Shown: positions 14,841 to 28,005, counted from the stretch's first letter. The stretch: 64,000 nt of DNA from Camelus dromedarius (GCF_036321535.1 NC_087472.1:99760001-99824000), one strand, 5' to 3'. The notes: generated by a model not told the origin, from the sequence alone. Translations and numbers: made by a program.

Positions 14841-15558
14841 GTGTGTCTTTATGCATTTATTCAAATGTGTAGACTTAGCATAAATTCAAGATGACTACTA
14901 GGAAAGGGGTTTTATATGACTTTTCTTAAACTGGGGCGAGAAATAAAGGTGAGAAAGTTGATTTGTGAGAAGCACAGACTCCATAGCAAATGGAGTAAAT
15001 AGAAGGTTATAAGACTATTGATTTTGGAAAAAGAAACTGTCTTCAGAATGGGCCCCATCTTTTCTGTTGCCATCAAAAGATTTGGATTTTTTGTAGTTAT
15101 AATCTTAATATTCTGACTTCTGATAAAGTCATGGCAGGAGCATCTACTCATATCAGTTATCTGAGTCAGCAAAACCTGTCTCCTGCAGCATTGAGAATTT
15201 GTGTTCTCAGACAGTGGTAACTCGTTAGTGACTCCTAATAATAATGGGTTTGTTTCTCTTCTGGATGCCTGAATGAATACTAGATTTACAGTCCATTTTC
15301 TGACACTCGCCCATTGTGTTATACAAGAGTATTTATTTTGTTAAACTTCTCACATTCATGAGTTAAAGTAGCCCCTCACAAACTAACATGGGTTATATGA
15401 AGGAAGATGTGTGTATGTTCGTACAGCTAAGCTACATGCTACATGTTTTGTGTCCTTAATCCCGTGCATTTAAAATGTATGTTTATTGAATGGTAAAATG
15501 AACTTCTAAAAATAAAACTCAAAGCATATTAACCCATTCTAATACTTTTTTCATGCAG

Positions 15559-15657
15559 AATTATCATACTATGCAGAGAAAAGACATCATTACTCACAAA
15601 CCATTTAGAGATGAGGAAAACCATCAAAACCCAAGAGGCTTTAGAAGACCTTTTAAG
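15559..15657 (+). CDS. BCLAF3: BCLAF3 coding exon
   Basis: ttttttcatgcag| acceptor, AAG|gtattg donor; 99 nt, phase 0/0; NYHTMQRKDIITHKPFRDEENHQNPRGFRRPFK. Confidence 0.93.
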
Positions 15658-17992
15658 GTATTGAGTGTTATCTTCCATTTAATTCCAGCTTTGGTTTTAT
15701 ACTTCAAACATAATGTTCTAAGTGTTTGTAAATTAAAAGCTATTTTTGTGATATTTCAAATTGTAGTTATAAATTAGTATTTCTGGACATTTGTAGTTCA
15801 CTGTAATCAGTTTAATGCTGACCCCTTTCCTCAGGACATGATTTTTAAATATTTTTTACCAGTGGAACTTCTTTTCAGATATCACATGGAAACTCAAATA
15901 CATGAAACAGATCCAGATGGAGTGGCTCTAGGTGGGGAGGCAGGCAAGGTCCCAGACTCTCCCTTTAAGCCTGCCCCTTTACCTCTAAGAAATAAGCACA
16001 TAGTTATAAAGCCTTCTCCAGGATTCACTGATTGAAAAACCCAGCCCATAGACACACAACTGTCAGAGGCCTTCTGGGTCATCAGAGAAAGATTCTGGTC
16101 CAATAAGCTTTGTTAAAGCATATGTCATCACATTATGATTATTTGTACAGCTTTATCTCATGTCAGTGATACTTTTAATCAACCAACATGTTTGATTATC
16201 CAGAACACTTCATCCTTCAAACATATGGAATGGGAATTACAGTGCAAAGTGTTGTATTTCTCTCTCCTTGCTCTCAGAAGTTGAGGTGCTTTTAAATCCA
16301 TCTTGACTGAATTTCCTGCTTATGATAGGTCCTTTTATCGTATTTTTCCACTCTGTGGTGTCTCTTTCCTCTACCCCCCCAAGAGAAAAGAATCTGAGCA
16401 TTTTTTGGTGAAAGTTGCAGGCAAGGTGGCTAGAATAGTTAGCTCATTAGGAGGAAATTAGTATGAGCAGAAAGGTAGTATGAACAATCTCCAAACCATA
16501 TACTCGGAGGGTACTTGAGTGATTCTTTAATACTTTGCCTTCTTGAGAGTCAAAATTTCTAGATGTCGAAAGATTTTTTTCATTAGGTTTAACATAATTT
16601 GTAGCCATTGCATAGATAACATTTTTAGCCAATGGTTCCTGTACCTAACAGTGTTAGGTTTTCATTAGGTTTTTTTAAAAAGCTACAGCATAGAATATAT
16701 AAACATGTTTTATACCATCTTTTAATCCCTTAAGTAATGAGGCATAAAATCAACTAAAAATGTAATGTCTGCGTAGCTTAGAGACAGTGTAGGTGGGCTT
16801 CAGATTTAAGTGTTTCCTACATGTTGCTCTTCCCATTAGTCAGATATAGTCGATTGTAGTATTTTTTCTAAGACTGTTAAAAGATCTATTTCCTGTTACC
16901 CTGTCTTCTTAAGGGAAAGTTCTTTAACATTAAATTATTTTAAAAATGTTTTTCAAAATGTATGCAATAATCTTTCATCTTGACCAGTCATTTAAAGCTG
17001 TGTAATGTTATATGGTTGTTTAGAAATTCACAATTCTTTATAGTACAATAGGAGGAAGAAATAATCCTTCCTAAGAAAAGGAGCTATTTTATTAAAATTT
17101 ACTTTTTACATGGATTGGACTAATTCAAAGCCAGGTAGTAATCACCTGATTAGATATGTAAAAATGGACAATGTAAATCTCAAGATTAGCTCTGATGTAT
17201 CAAATTTGTACAGATAGTTTTAACAAAATTATAGTGTCTCATTATAATTCTATTTTACCTGAAATTTCTTTGTAGCTTTAAGAAAATAATTGGAAAATAG
17301 GCGTGGCATAAATACCTTTTTTATAAACTTATGTGCTTCATTATGCATAGCGTACCCATTCGTTAAATAATTGTGGAAAGAGGTATCTACTTAGTTTTTA
17401 TAGTTATTCCTTTGTAGTATACAATTTATACACTTCCCACATGGAACACACAAATATTCATTGTCCTCTTATGGATACTGTAATACTGGGCAGTATGCAG
17501 GCCAGGAAATGTCTTTTTAAGTATAGCTCTTATCTTGAAAATATTTGCTATAACGGGGTTTTTATGGTAAAGAAATAGTGACTCAAATGTACGGACAAGA
17601 ATAAAGTTAAGGGAGTTTTTTATTCTTAAATAGATATTGATATTTAATGTCTTCCCCTGCCCTTTTGGGATTTGATATACTTCACTAGGAATCAGAAGGC
17701 TAATTTTAGCTCATTAGAGGTTTTTAAAAGTTGTACTTGTCTTAGCATGTTAAAGTTCAAGAGCTTCAATTTATTTTAACTTAACAGTTTTAAAAATTCA
17801 TTTTATGTAAAATACTTTAAAATTTATTATTATAAAATAAACTAGGTAGCTGGTTTGAGGAAAACGTACTTTATTACCATCATTAACTTTTTCCCTTTAA
17901 ATATAGAATTAAGGGCAGCTCTAAGTTCCAGACATTTTTTCCATTTCTTATACTAATAAAGTAGGTTTGGAAGCTGTAGTTTTAACATTTAA

Positions 17993-18187
<195 letters not shown>

Positions 18188-18602
18188 TAAAAAATGTTGA
18201 GTGACTTTTGAACTCCTAAAGTATCCATGTTTAATAGAAAAATTGGGTTTTTAATTTAATTTTGACTTAACCTAGATTTCAGTGTTCTTACTGCATGATA
18301 GTTGACCAAAAATTTAAAGGAGCAATGGTAATAGAGTTGTGAGACTGTTTAATCTTAAAATGACTTAGCTAGTATGCCTCGAATACTTTAAATATGCCTG
18401 ATGTTTGAACTTTTTACTTTAGAATTTCTGTTGTATGGTTAATCTTTGAAATGAAAATTCAGGTAAAGACTTTTAGCTGATTTATTTTAGCCTTATTACA
18501 ATGTGAATTATCTAGGTACCAAAAAATATTGAACTGACTAAATAAAAAAGGGTACATAATTGCAAAATACACTAACTTTTCTTTTTCCCCAATTCATTTA
18601 TA

Positions 18603-18716
18603 TTTTTTAATTGTAATAAAATATATGTGAAATAAAATTTGCCATTTTAACCATCTTTATACAATTCACTGGCATTAGTTACATTCACAATGCTGTGCAA
18701 CCATCACCACTATATT
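18603..18716 (-). mobile_element. L1MB-like 3' terminal fragment
   Basis: aaatttgccattttaaccat...ggcattagttacattcacaatgctgtgcaaccatcaccact. Confidence 0.75.
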
Positions 18717-21639
18717 GCTAACTTTCAATATTAATAAAAAATTTCATTACTTGATCATTTGAATTGCATACTCTTTTAGTTGTGGATTGATTTTATTTAA
18801 ATTTGCCGTGTTGATATTTGAAAATGCAGCATAAATATGATATAAAATTAACTTCTACAAATTATATTTCAAATGAGAACAGAAGTGTTACATCTGTTAA
18901 GTGAGGCATGTTTGTCAACTACTGACTCATTTTTGTTAATAAATTTGGGCTATTATTTTCTTCTGAGAAAAAGATGTATATCTAATGTTGCTACCAAATC
19001 ATCCAACTGATTTTATAAATTTTCTCACCTTCCGTGTTTCCATAAATATTCTTGCTTGTGAAGCCTTTACATTAAGCTTATTTAGTGATTTTAGTGAAAC
19101 TTATTTTTTAAAAGATGGACCAATAGAATGGAGTTGACAACTGATTTTTTTTTGAAGTTTTAAGGTTGAATAGAATATTTTCTGCAACCTCTCCCATCCC
19201 CCAGTTTTAACTGAGTGACCTAGGAGAGGTTTCCAATTTCACTGTTATGAAAGCTCTCTCTTCTTCAAAAACGTGAGTGTAATTGGAGTCACGGTCCCCT
19301 CTCATACCCCTCCCTACCATTGGATCAAGGTGCTGCTTCTCTTTCTGCCTCATGTGGCTAGTTTCTTTGCAGCAGATCTTCTAGGCATGTGTCCCCAATC
19401 ACAGATGGCAGCCTGGCTGTTCTCAGGGAAGCTAGTCATTGATAGTCAGGAGGAAGGCTGAGGCAAGCCTTTTCCTCAGTTGCAAGGTTGGGTTTCAGGT
19501 ACACGTTGTGTGTTTCTCTTCTGTTAGCTCTGGGCTGACCTTTGAGTATTAGCTTCAGTTAACTCCATTTTATCTCTTTTTTAGATGATTTGGGGCTCCT
19601 GAGTGCTTACTTGACTGTCTGCCTCTGCCTGCAGTTTCTATATGCTCATTGAACTTGCTCCATTTCATCATCCTTTCCTTTGGCCCACCTTGCCCAGTTC
19701 CTGCTGACCACCCAGTTCTTCCAGACCACGTTGCCTACCAGCCTCACTTAACAGCATGTAGAAACAAGACATCAAGCCTTCATCTTAGGGTAACAAGTGT
19801 GTCCTAGAAAGAGCCACAACCTGCTTTGGATCTCCAATCGTTAGGGCCTAGGCTTTTTGTGTCATCTAGAATGTAGCTCTTACAGTTAGGGTCCCAGGTA
19901 GAACATAGTCTCACCTTCCTGTTGCCTTTCACTGCCAACTGAGTGCTTTAGAATTCATCCCCACACACTAGATTTTTAAAAAATTAATGTCTAATACTCT
20001 TTTTCTTGAGCCTACCATTCTGAATGCTACTTTATATATGTTTGTGTTGTAGCTACTATGACATGAGCTTTTCCAGCCTGGGTACTGTCAGTGCCTGCAA
20101 GCAAGCCATAGCCAGGCTTTGTATAGATTTGTTTTTGAACCAGGCCCACCTCTCCAAGCATGGCATGAAATCAGATACCCTAGTATTAGCGCCCTTCTTA
20201 ACAGCTGGGCTCCACACTCCCCTAACCTTTAGGGGAGGGAATGAGGCATTGCAGCTGTTCTGTTTCTGCCAAAGTCTGAACTAAGGTACTTCAGGCTTAC
20301 TTGACATCAGAGCCATTCCAGGACTGCTGTGCTACTCCGGAACCCCATTCCATACGTACAGACCGACAGTTTAGACCTATTGCTCCATTTTACCTTGATT
20401 TTCATGTCCTAAAGAAAAAAGGTGAAAGCCTGAGTCTTTGGTTTCTTCCAGCGTTGCTTCATCCCAAGCTTTAGCATTGGAGGGAACTTTGGCGGTCCTG
20501 CCCTGGAGAGAAACCTTAGTCTGAGCAGCATCTGTACACTGCTTTGGCTTTTTGCCCTACTAGGGAGTTCATTGTTTTCAATTATTAGATCACCAGCTAC
20601 ATTAATTAAGGATGCATGCTTAATTAATCTAGGTGCCCTGGAACTTCTTGAACCTGAAATTAGATATGAACCTATGTATCCCCACATTCTTCAAAGACCA
20701 ACAGGAAGATTTAGATTGATCTTGTCTGGACTTCTCACTCCCCCACCATATTGAAATGTCTGGACTGATCATTTATGGCTTGAAGTTCTTGTGATGCTCA
20801 TCTGGTGTACAGTCTGGTTACTGTGCCATCAGATATGGGCTGCTTGTTTCCAACACCAAACAGCCTCAGGGAAGGGTCAGGGAGATCCTATTTATGCTCC
20901 TAATATGTCCTCTTGTTCACTTACCAGAACATTTGTGGCTTCCCTAAAACTGCATTGGCTCCTCAGCTGCCTCCCAAGTAGTAAGATTCCCAAGCAGTAT
21001 TAGGAAAGTACAGAACCGAAATTCTTCCTCCTCATTCATCTTGGACTTGTCATATTAATCCCATTCTGGCACCTAGATTTCATTTTATTATGTTTCCTTT
21101 CTCTTGGATTCTGTGCTTGGGCTGGAAGATGAGGGGTTGGGAGAAATGTCTACTACTTCCTGGAATAAGGCTTGTCATTTATCGACTGTCATTCACAAGT
21201 GCCCCCATTAAGTATTCTCTGCCTATCATAGAAAGTTTTAGAAACTCTTGAGGGTCTATGATCAGATTAGAACAAAGAACCTAGTCAGAATTCATGAAGC
21301 CCCCTCTGGGAATGTTGCCTCTGAAAATCTCTTGGCAGTTGTGCATTTGGTCAGGAAAACATGGAGTTCTCAGCATCATAGATACTCCAGCAGCCTCAGG
21401 TGCCTGTAAACTAGGTGTCTACCAGACCTCTGCCCATGGATAGAAAGAGGGGGAAGGACAGAGCATAAAGACACTGCAGGGAGGAAGTTAAAGACTGGGA
21501 TTCATGGCTTTGGGGGTTGAAAAAAACCTTGAAAGTCATGGAGTACAAAGATAGAACAGGAGCCAAGCTCAGATGAATCAACAGGAACCTGTTGTACACC
21601 TGCTGTGTGCCTCAAGCTGAAGTATGCTGGGGCACAAAA

Positions 21640-21765
21640 GGAGTGATTATTGCGATGCTTGCACAGCTCTGTGGTTATGCTGAAAACCACTGAGTTACAC
21701 ACTTTAAATGGATGCACTGTATGGTTTGTGAATTTTATCTCAGTAAAGCTGTTAAAAATAAAATC
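21640..21765 (+). mobile_element. L1MB-like 3' terminal fragment
   Basis: aaaaccactgagttacacactttaaatgg...gtgaattttatctcagtaaagctgttaaaaataaa. Confidence 0.78.
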
Positions 21766-21985
21766 ACACTTGCTCTCCTCCCCAGACCACTGATTTCTCC
21801 TCATGGTCCATAGCTCTCCCAGGTAGCCAGCCACACTAGAAACTTGTCCGGCTAATCCTCCCAGTTCTCCTTCCAACTGTGATTGTTCTAAGTCGTCTTA
21901 TTTCTATCACTCACCCATTGCTTCGTTCAGTTCATTCATTTTCATGGCTGCATATCATTCCACTCTATGGATGTATTATATATCT

Positions 21986-23157
21986 CAGTGCTCTTCAAAC
22001 TTCTGCTTACTTACCCTAACATTTTGAAAAACTTATCTACTTCCTTGCACATTTTTAGGTTGGTATCTAATATTTTTTGTAAGTTTTTCATAAAGGATAT
22101 TTCTGCCATACTATAGAGGGTCTTAAATAAAACTGTTAAACATCATTCTCATTCTTTTAAATCTCTTCACTGAACCTGCAAACCACAAGAATTTGATAAC
22201 TAACATCATCTATTTTTTAAAATATGCAATTTCTTTTAACAGTGAAAAATTTTACATCATTCCTTTTTTTTTTGACTTGAATTTGGATCCTATTCTGCTT
22301 GCCCCATAGACTTTTATCTTTGAAAATCTTTTATTGACCACCAAATCAAATATGATACCTAATATTAATCTATTACTGTGAGTGTTAAGTGTTAAATATT
22401 TCCTCTGGATTGAATTAACATTACAGTTGATCAAGATAGCATGTAATATATTATAGATTTTGTTAAGTATTGATTAGACAAAAATTTTATTGGAAAATGC
22501 ATTTCTCTTTTCAATTAGTTCATGTATTCATAGATACATATTACTAGCAGAATAATAGTGTTCAAGTATCCATTCTAATTGTATTTTTTCTCTTGATAGA
22601 TGTAAGTCCTGAGAAATCTTGTTTATATGACTGTATAGCTGAAAATGAAAGGACTTTTCTTATAGCGATGCCATTCGTTTCTTTGGACTCACTCTGAATT
22701 ATAGGCCAAAAATCACTTAGTGATCTATCATCAAATAAATATTTTGAATGTTGTTTTACTGACAGCTTGATTTTATCCTCCTACAATTAAACAAAAGCAA
22801 AGAAATGGAAAGCTTCCGACTTGCAGAAGCATGCTATTTATTACTAGCTGCTAGGGTTGAATCACTTTCTTGCCACAATTAGTAATATTTCCAATTGTCC
22901 CCTTTTTGCGGGAAGGGGAGTCCCCAGGTAATGCAAAGTACTAAGATTCAGGATGAGAAGGTGTATCTTTCTGGTTTAGAGTGAGAGGTAGGAGACCAGC
23001 CTTAACCAATTGTACAGGCAGGTTAAGTTTAGAAAGCAAACATGGAGAATTTGAAGATCTGGAAATTAATTCCCTCCAAGCTGTCTGTATCCACATACTC
23101 ACTGGAAAGTCTTCATATACCTGTCAGGGTATGTGTACCCCCGTTTGATGACTGCTG
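21986..23157. mobile_element. hAT-Charlie DNA transposon relic (subfamily uncertain)
   Basis: Imperfect TIRs CAGTGCTCTTCAAAC and GTTTGATGACTGCTG; both 8-bp flanks have a central TA; host L1 resumes on both sides. Confidence 0.7.
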
Positions 23158-23709
23158 ACTTACTTAACCAAGCCTCTGTTGATGATACTTTACAGGTTTT
23201 CATTATTTTGGTAACGCCACTGTGCACATTGATGTTTTGGTACCTTGCCAGAGCTCCCTTTTTATTCATTTCTGCTCTCACCAGAAGTACATGAAAGGGC
23301 CTGTTTATACCCTAGCCAGCACTCCATATTATCAGTCTTTATTACCCGTTGTTAATCTAATAGCAGAAAATAGTTCTCACTTGCCTTTCTTCAATTATTA
23401 ATGAGGTGAGCGTGTTTTTTTATATGTTATTGGCCATTTGTATTTCTTCCCTCAGTTTCCTTATTCCTATGCTTTGCCAGTGTTTCTCTTTTTCTTATTG
23501 ATTTGTGAGAGCTGTTGATTTACTAAGGGTATTAACCAGTCATACATTTTGCTGCTATTTATTTTGTTTGTCAGCTGTTGATGGTGGCTTTTATATTACA
23601 GAACTTGGAAATGTCCATGAATCTGTCATGTTTACCTTATATGGCTTTAAGATTTCACATCATGTTTATGCTTACAAAAATTCCTTACTGTGTTTCCTTT
23701 AAGCAGTTT

Positions 23710-24270
23710 TGTTACTGAACTCAGGTCCAGCTGCTCGCCACTTGAAAATCAATGCCCGAGAGGCAAGTGTTGGTAGAAGTGGAAAATGTTGCTTTTAATC
23801 AGAAAGCCAGCAATTTGGGAAGAAGGCCAGGACTCAGTGTCCCCAAAAGCCAACTCCCGAGGTTCTGCTCGGCCATGAAAGTTTTTAAAGGGAAAAGGGA
23901 AGTAATCTTGGTTAATCATCGAGATGGGGGCAGAGGCGTCACCATCTGCCACTGCGTGCAGCTTGTCGACTTCTTGTGATCTTTCCTTAGATGCTGTATT
24001 GTTCACACAGTTTGTGAGATGACTGAAGGGGACGCTAGGGAGGAGATCTTAATTATTTATTCTTCATTTCTACTTCTTTGATCTACAGAAAGAACCAACA
24101 GGTTAGGCAAGGCATTGTGTGATCAAAAGATTTGAAAGGTGTGCTTGGACAGGAGATGAGTAGGGCATGAGGGTGCCTGGTGTAAAGTTAGTGACAATAT
24201 TGCTCTGCTATAGTGACAAGAGAAAGGGGGCCTCCTGCAGAGAGCTCTTTCCTGCCAAAAGCTGCATACA
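23710..24270 (-). mobile_element. Solo LTR, probably ERV1 class
   Basis: TG...CA ends; 4-bp flanks gttt/attt; minus-strand ATTAAA and ...agtaaca end; removing it restores the L1 sequence aagcagttttatggtt. Confidence 0.75.
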
Positions 24271-24489
24271 ATTTTATGGTTACTTTTTTAAACATATGAA
24301 TATTTGTTCTTATTTGAATTTGTTTTTATGATACAATGTGAGGTCAGGATCTAATTTTTCCTCCCGATGGACAGTCAGTTTTTCTAACACTGCTTATTGA
24401 ATAGTTTGTCCTTTCCCCACTGATTGAAAATGCCACGTTTACTGTATGTCACATTCTCAGATATTCCTGGTCTGTTTTGGGAATCTTTG

Positions 24490-25015
24490 GAGCCTCTAAC
24501 TTGCTCCCTTGTCTCCTGTGATTAGCTTAGTCTGTCCTTTCACTACTAATGCAGTTACTGTCCTGAAACACAGTCTGAATCGTATCAGTTTTGTGCCAGC
24601 ACCTTCCAAGGAAGATTCTGTTGCCTACAAAAAATGAGACCAGACTTGTTAGCCAGGTCCAGCACTAAGCTACCTTTCTAATTACATGTTTCCATACAGC
24701 CTCTGCTTTTTGGAGCATAACATATGTTTTCATGTATTTCTATCTTTGTTCCTGCTATTCTCTTGGCTAGAAATAGCATCCTGATCCCCATTCTTTTCTT
24801 ATTAAACCCTTCTTTGCTTTTAAGCCCCACTGAAAAGCCTTACCAGAGCCCCTCTTTAGCTCTTGTTCCATTTGATCTCTAACTGTTGCTATTTACCTTC
24901 CTGTTTCTTCCAACAAACGATCAACTCCTTGAGGCTAGAGAGTACCTCATAAGTCTTCATGTCTTCCCCTATTGGCCTTTCATAGAGTCTATCTTTAAAA
25001 ATGCTTGTTGAATGG
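24490..25015 (+). mobile_element. L2 fragment
   Basis: aactccttgaggctagag...aaatgcttgttgaatg L2 3' end. Confidence 0.6.
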
Positions 25016-25104
25016 AATCAAATCTAATCTCTCCCTCTTTCTTTCACACACACACACACACATACACACTCCATAGTTCTAAAAAGTCAGCGAACAGCAG
25101 CAAT

Positions 25105-25637
25105 TGTGTCAGGGGTCCCAGGACCACCCCAGTGCGCGGATTGGCTAGGAGGACTCAGAGGACGCAGCAGGTGGCGGCACTCACCGCTGGGCTGTGTTAC
25201 AGCCGAGGCTGCACGGGTGCCACCAGCCAAGGGAACTGGCGCCCCGGGCAAAGCCCAGAGGAGCCCAGCTGCGAGTTTCCCAGAGTGTCGTCCTCTCCCA
25301 CTGCGGTCACACAGGGTGTGCGTGAGCCCCCGGCGACGAGCTGTGACAGCACGTGTGAAATGTTGCCAGCCAGGGACGCTGGTTAGAGACTCAGTGCCCA
25401 GCGCTGGTCATGTAGGCGCCCCCTGCCAGCCACACCCCCAAATTCCAGACTCTGAGCGGGAAAGCGGGGTAAGTCCCGTCGTTTGTACAGACAGCTTAGG
25501 CCCTGTGAGCTCCTCATGACTTCAGGGTGAGAACCGTCCTGAAGTCCAAGTTTCCAGATGCTTACAAGGGTCAACCTTGTAAACAGGCCCATCCAAGGAC
25601 AGCAGTCAGGTCTGCTGTGTTGACTCTCTCCTGCACG
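25105..25637 (-). mobile_element. MER21C-like LTR, copy 1
   Basis: tgtgtcaggggtcccaggaccacccc...gctaggaggactca...tgtgacagcacgtgtgaaatgttg...aaattccagact...tgcac matches recalled MER21C. Confidence 0.8.
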
Positions 25638-25735
25638 AGGAAATTGATGTTTAGAGAGGTTAAGTAACCTAGCCAAGGTGATCCAGCTATTAGGTAACAG
25701 TGCTAGGTCTGTCTGGCTCCAAAGCCTAGATTTTG
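25638..25735 (-). mobile_element. MIR core fragment
   Basis: aggaaattgatgtttagagaggttaagtaacctagccaaggt...tctggctccaaagc. Confidence 0.7.
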
Positions 25736-25751
25736 AACTGAAATGAACTGA

Positions 25752-25991
25752 ACTCAGTGCCCAGTGCTGGTCACGTGGGTACCCCTTGCCAGGCACATAC
25801 CCAAATTCCAGACTCTGAGCAAGAAAGCAGGTATTCAGCATAGACCATATTGTTTGCACAATTTAGACACTCATCAGTGGTGAGAACTCTCCTGAAATCT
25901 AAGTTCTTAGATGCCAGCCAAGAGCTAACCTTACAAGCAGGCCTTTCAAAGGATAACGGTCAAGTATGCTGTGTTAACTCTTTTCTGTACA
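25752..25991 (-). mobile_element. MER21C-like LTR, partial copy 2
   Basis: Homologous to 25389-25637; ends gttaactcttttctgtaca. Confidence 0.8.
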
Positions 25992-27646
25992 ACCATGTTT
26001 TGAAGAGCTTAATTTCACAGATGGTAAGTGCCTAAAGAGAGGAGGAAAAAATCAATATGTTAGAAATGGTCAGAGAATGTATGCTAAGTGCTTTGATTTC
26101 TACTCTCTTCACAGAGGAGGTAGGTTGTAAGCAGAATCACGGAGAAGAGCAGGACACGGGAGGGCCTGCGGCTAAAGATCCATGTTTGGCAGGAGAATGT
26201 GGAGCTGGGTAGAGACAGGTTATGCAAACTATGGAGGCTTCAAAATCTGGGTAGAATATGAAGGGTGTGAGGTGTCAGCAGTAAGACATCTTCCTAGACT
26301 GAGAAGGAGAAAGTGGTGTCTGAGGATGATTGCTTGGTGGGCAGTGGGTAGGAAGGTTCTGGAAGGAGGCGAGATGCAGAAAGACCAACAAGGAAACACT
26401 TGCAATGACACAAGTGTCAAGTTATGAAAACCTAGGTGAGGGTGATGCTCATACGTCTAGTTCAGCATTCTGCCTAAAATAGGTTTTCACGTAATTGGAA
26501 GAATGTAGCAGGGGTCAATCCGAGAGACATTGTAGAAGCAATGTCAAGGGTGAATGTGGCTCAGAGTAATTCCACATTTTTATAAATAAGATATTTCAGT
26601 TGAAGAAAAACTGAATTTATTATACTTTGTTTTGAAAGTTGTTAGTAGGCAACAGACATTTTATTTGAAGATCAGTGTATATGATTTTTATATTATGTAA
26701 TGGGTAAAGAAATAGGGTACAATGAAGTCTGCCTCTATTTAAGGGAATGATGTTGACAAAAATATATGCATATACTTTGAACATTTTGTTAACCAAAAGA
26801 GAAAGAAGAATTTTCTGTCGGAACTGTTTTTGTTTGGAATTAAACGTTTCCATACTAATACAAATGCCAAAAAATAAATCTTTCAAATTTCTTTCAGTTT
26901 TAATAATGTAAGATCCTAGTAAAAGGTAAGGCTATATGTATTAATAAGTTTTTTAATGTCTCAGAAAAAATGCCATTCTACCATTTTTGCTCTTTTATTA
27001 GTTGCATGGTCTTATGTCCAGTTTGTGGTTGGTAACTTAATATTTTGCATAGCATCACAGTATAGAATTCAGTCATTATCCTATAATCATAGTCTTATTG
27101 TGAATTCCTTTTCCTGTGTTTATTGAAGTCATACATCTTTTTACATTGTAGGTAACCATCCAAAAGCAAGAAAGCTTTCCTCCCTCTAACAGCTTTCTCT
27201 GCTGTTACCAGGCAAGCTAGAAGAGTCCATATAGTTTTAGAATTAGATACCATATGATGACAAAGATAAAATACCCATTTGAAGTTGTGCGTGTGTCATG
27301 TTAGGCTCTGTACTTGAGGGACTAAGGTTTAAGAGTCTTGATATTTTTGTCAGAGATATCCCCAGTGAAACCCACCCAAACAGCAGAATGCTGTATGGTA
27401 TTCTAGCCTAACGAGAGCCATATATTTTCTCTGTCCTACTGACTATCATTTGATATCCACTTTGATGTGTTCTGTTGTTCCTTTGTGTCTTTGGGGATCC
27501 ACATCACTTTGTGGGGATCTTGAGTGCGAGCAGTAAATATATTAATTAAAATATTTTGAAAATTGCAGTGTAAACAAAACTCTAGCTCAGATGTTGGAAC
27601 TAATGCTTCTTTTAAAGTCTGTATTTCTTTTGTTTTCTCTCAATAG

Positions 27647-27676
27647 GAATATACAAACATTGTCCCAGCAATCTAA
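27647..27676 (+). CDS. BCLAF3: BCLAF3 terminal exon, coding part
   Basis: Strong pyrimidine tract, caatag| acceptor; GAA TAT ACA AAC ATT GTC CCA GCA ATC TAA = EYTNIVPAI*, same length as and similar to the recalled human end EYTDVATGI*. Confidence 0.87.
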   Translation, partial: EYTNIVPAI

Positions 27677-28005
27677 TTTGGAATTGTTAGAAATGGAAAC
27701 GACACTACAGGACGATATTTGGGAGCATCTTTTTTTGTCAAGAGTTAGAATTGGCACTAAAGCACTAATACTGTAACTTTCTTGATAAAATAACTTTATT
27801 TTTCCGTAGTGGAATGCTGCAACTTTTTTACACTTAACAGTTGCTTTTAAATTACAGTATTCAATTTAAAAGTTGTACTAATTACAGCTTCTTTTGCAGA
27901 AAGTCTCAAAAGGGCATTATTTGTTGACGCATTTTTCTCTGAGCATGGTTTCATAGAGAACTGAGTTATATCCAGACATTTCTATGTTGAAAGTTTCGCT
28001 TATGT

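Larger units (their letters stand above)
21920..24480 (-). mobile_element. Old L1 (L1ME-like) split by two later insertions
   Basis: Collinear L1 3' UTR/ORF2 motifs at 21920-21985, 23158-23709 and 24271-24480. Confidence 0.7.

Noticed and set aside
18968..19010. Possible alternative last exon of BCLAF3 (KKMYI*; another frame contains NVAT)
   Set aside because: GAG acceptor is atypical; the NVAT frame is out of phase from that acceptor; 27647 fits much better.
25012..25859. Overlapping 124-158 aa ORFs
   Set aside because: By-products of the GC-rich MER21 LTR and the MIR fragment.
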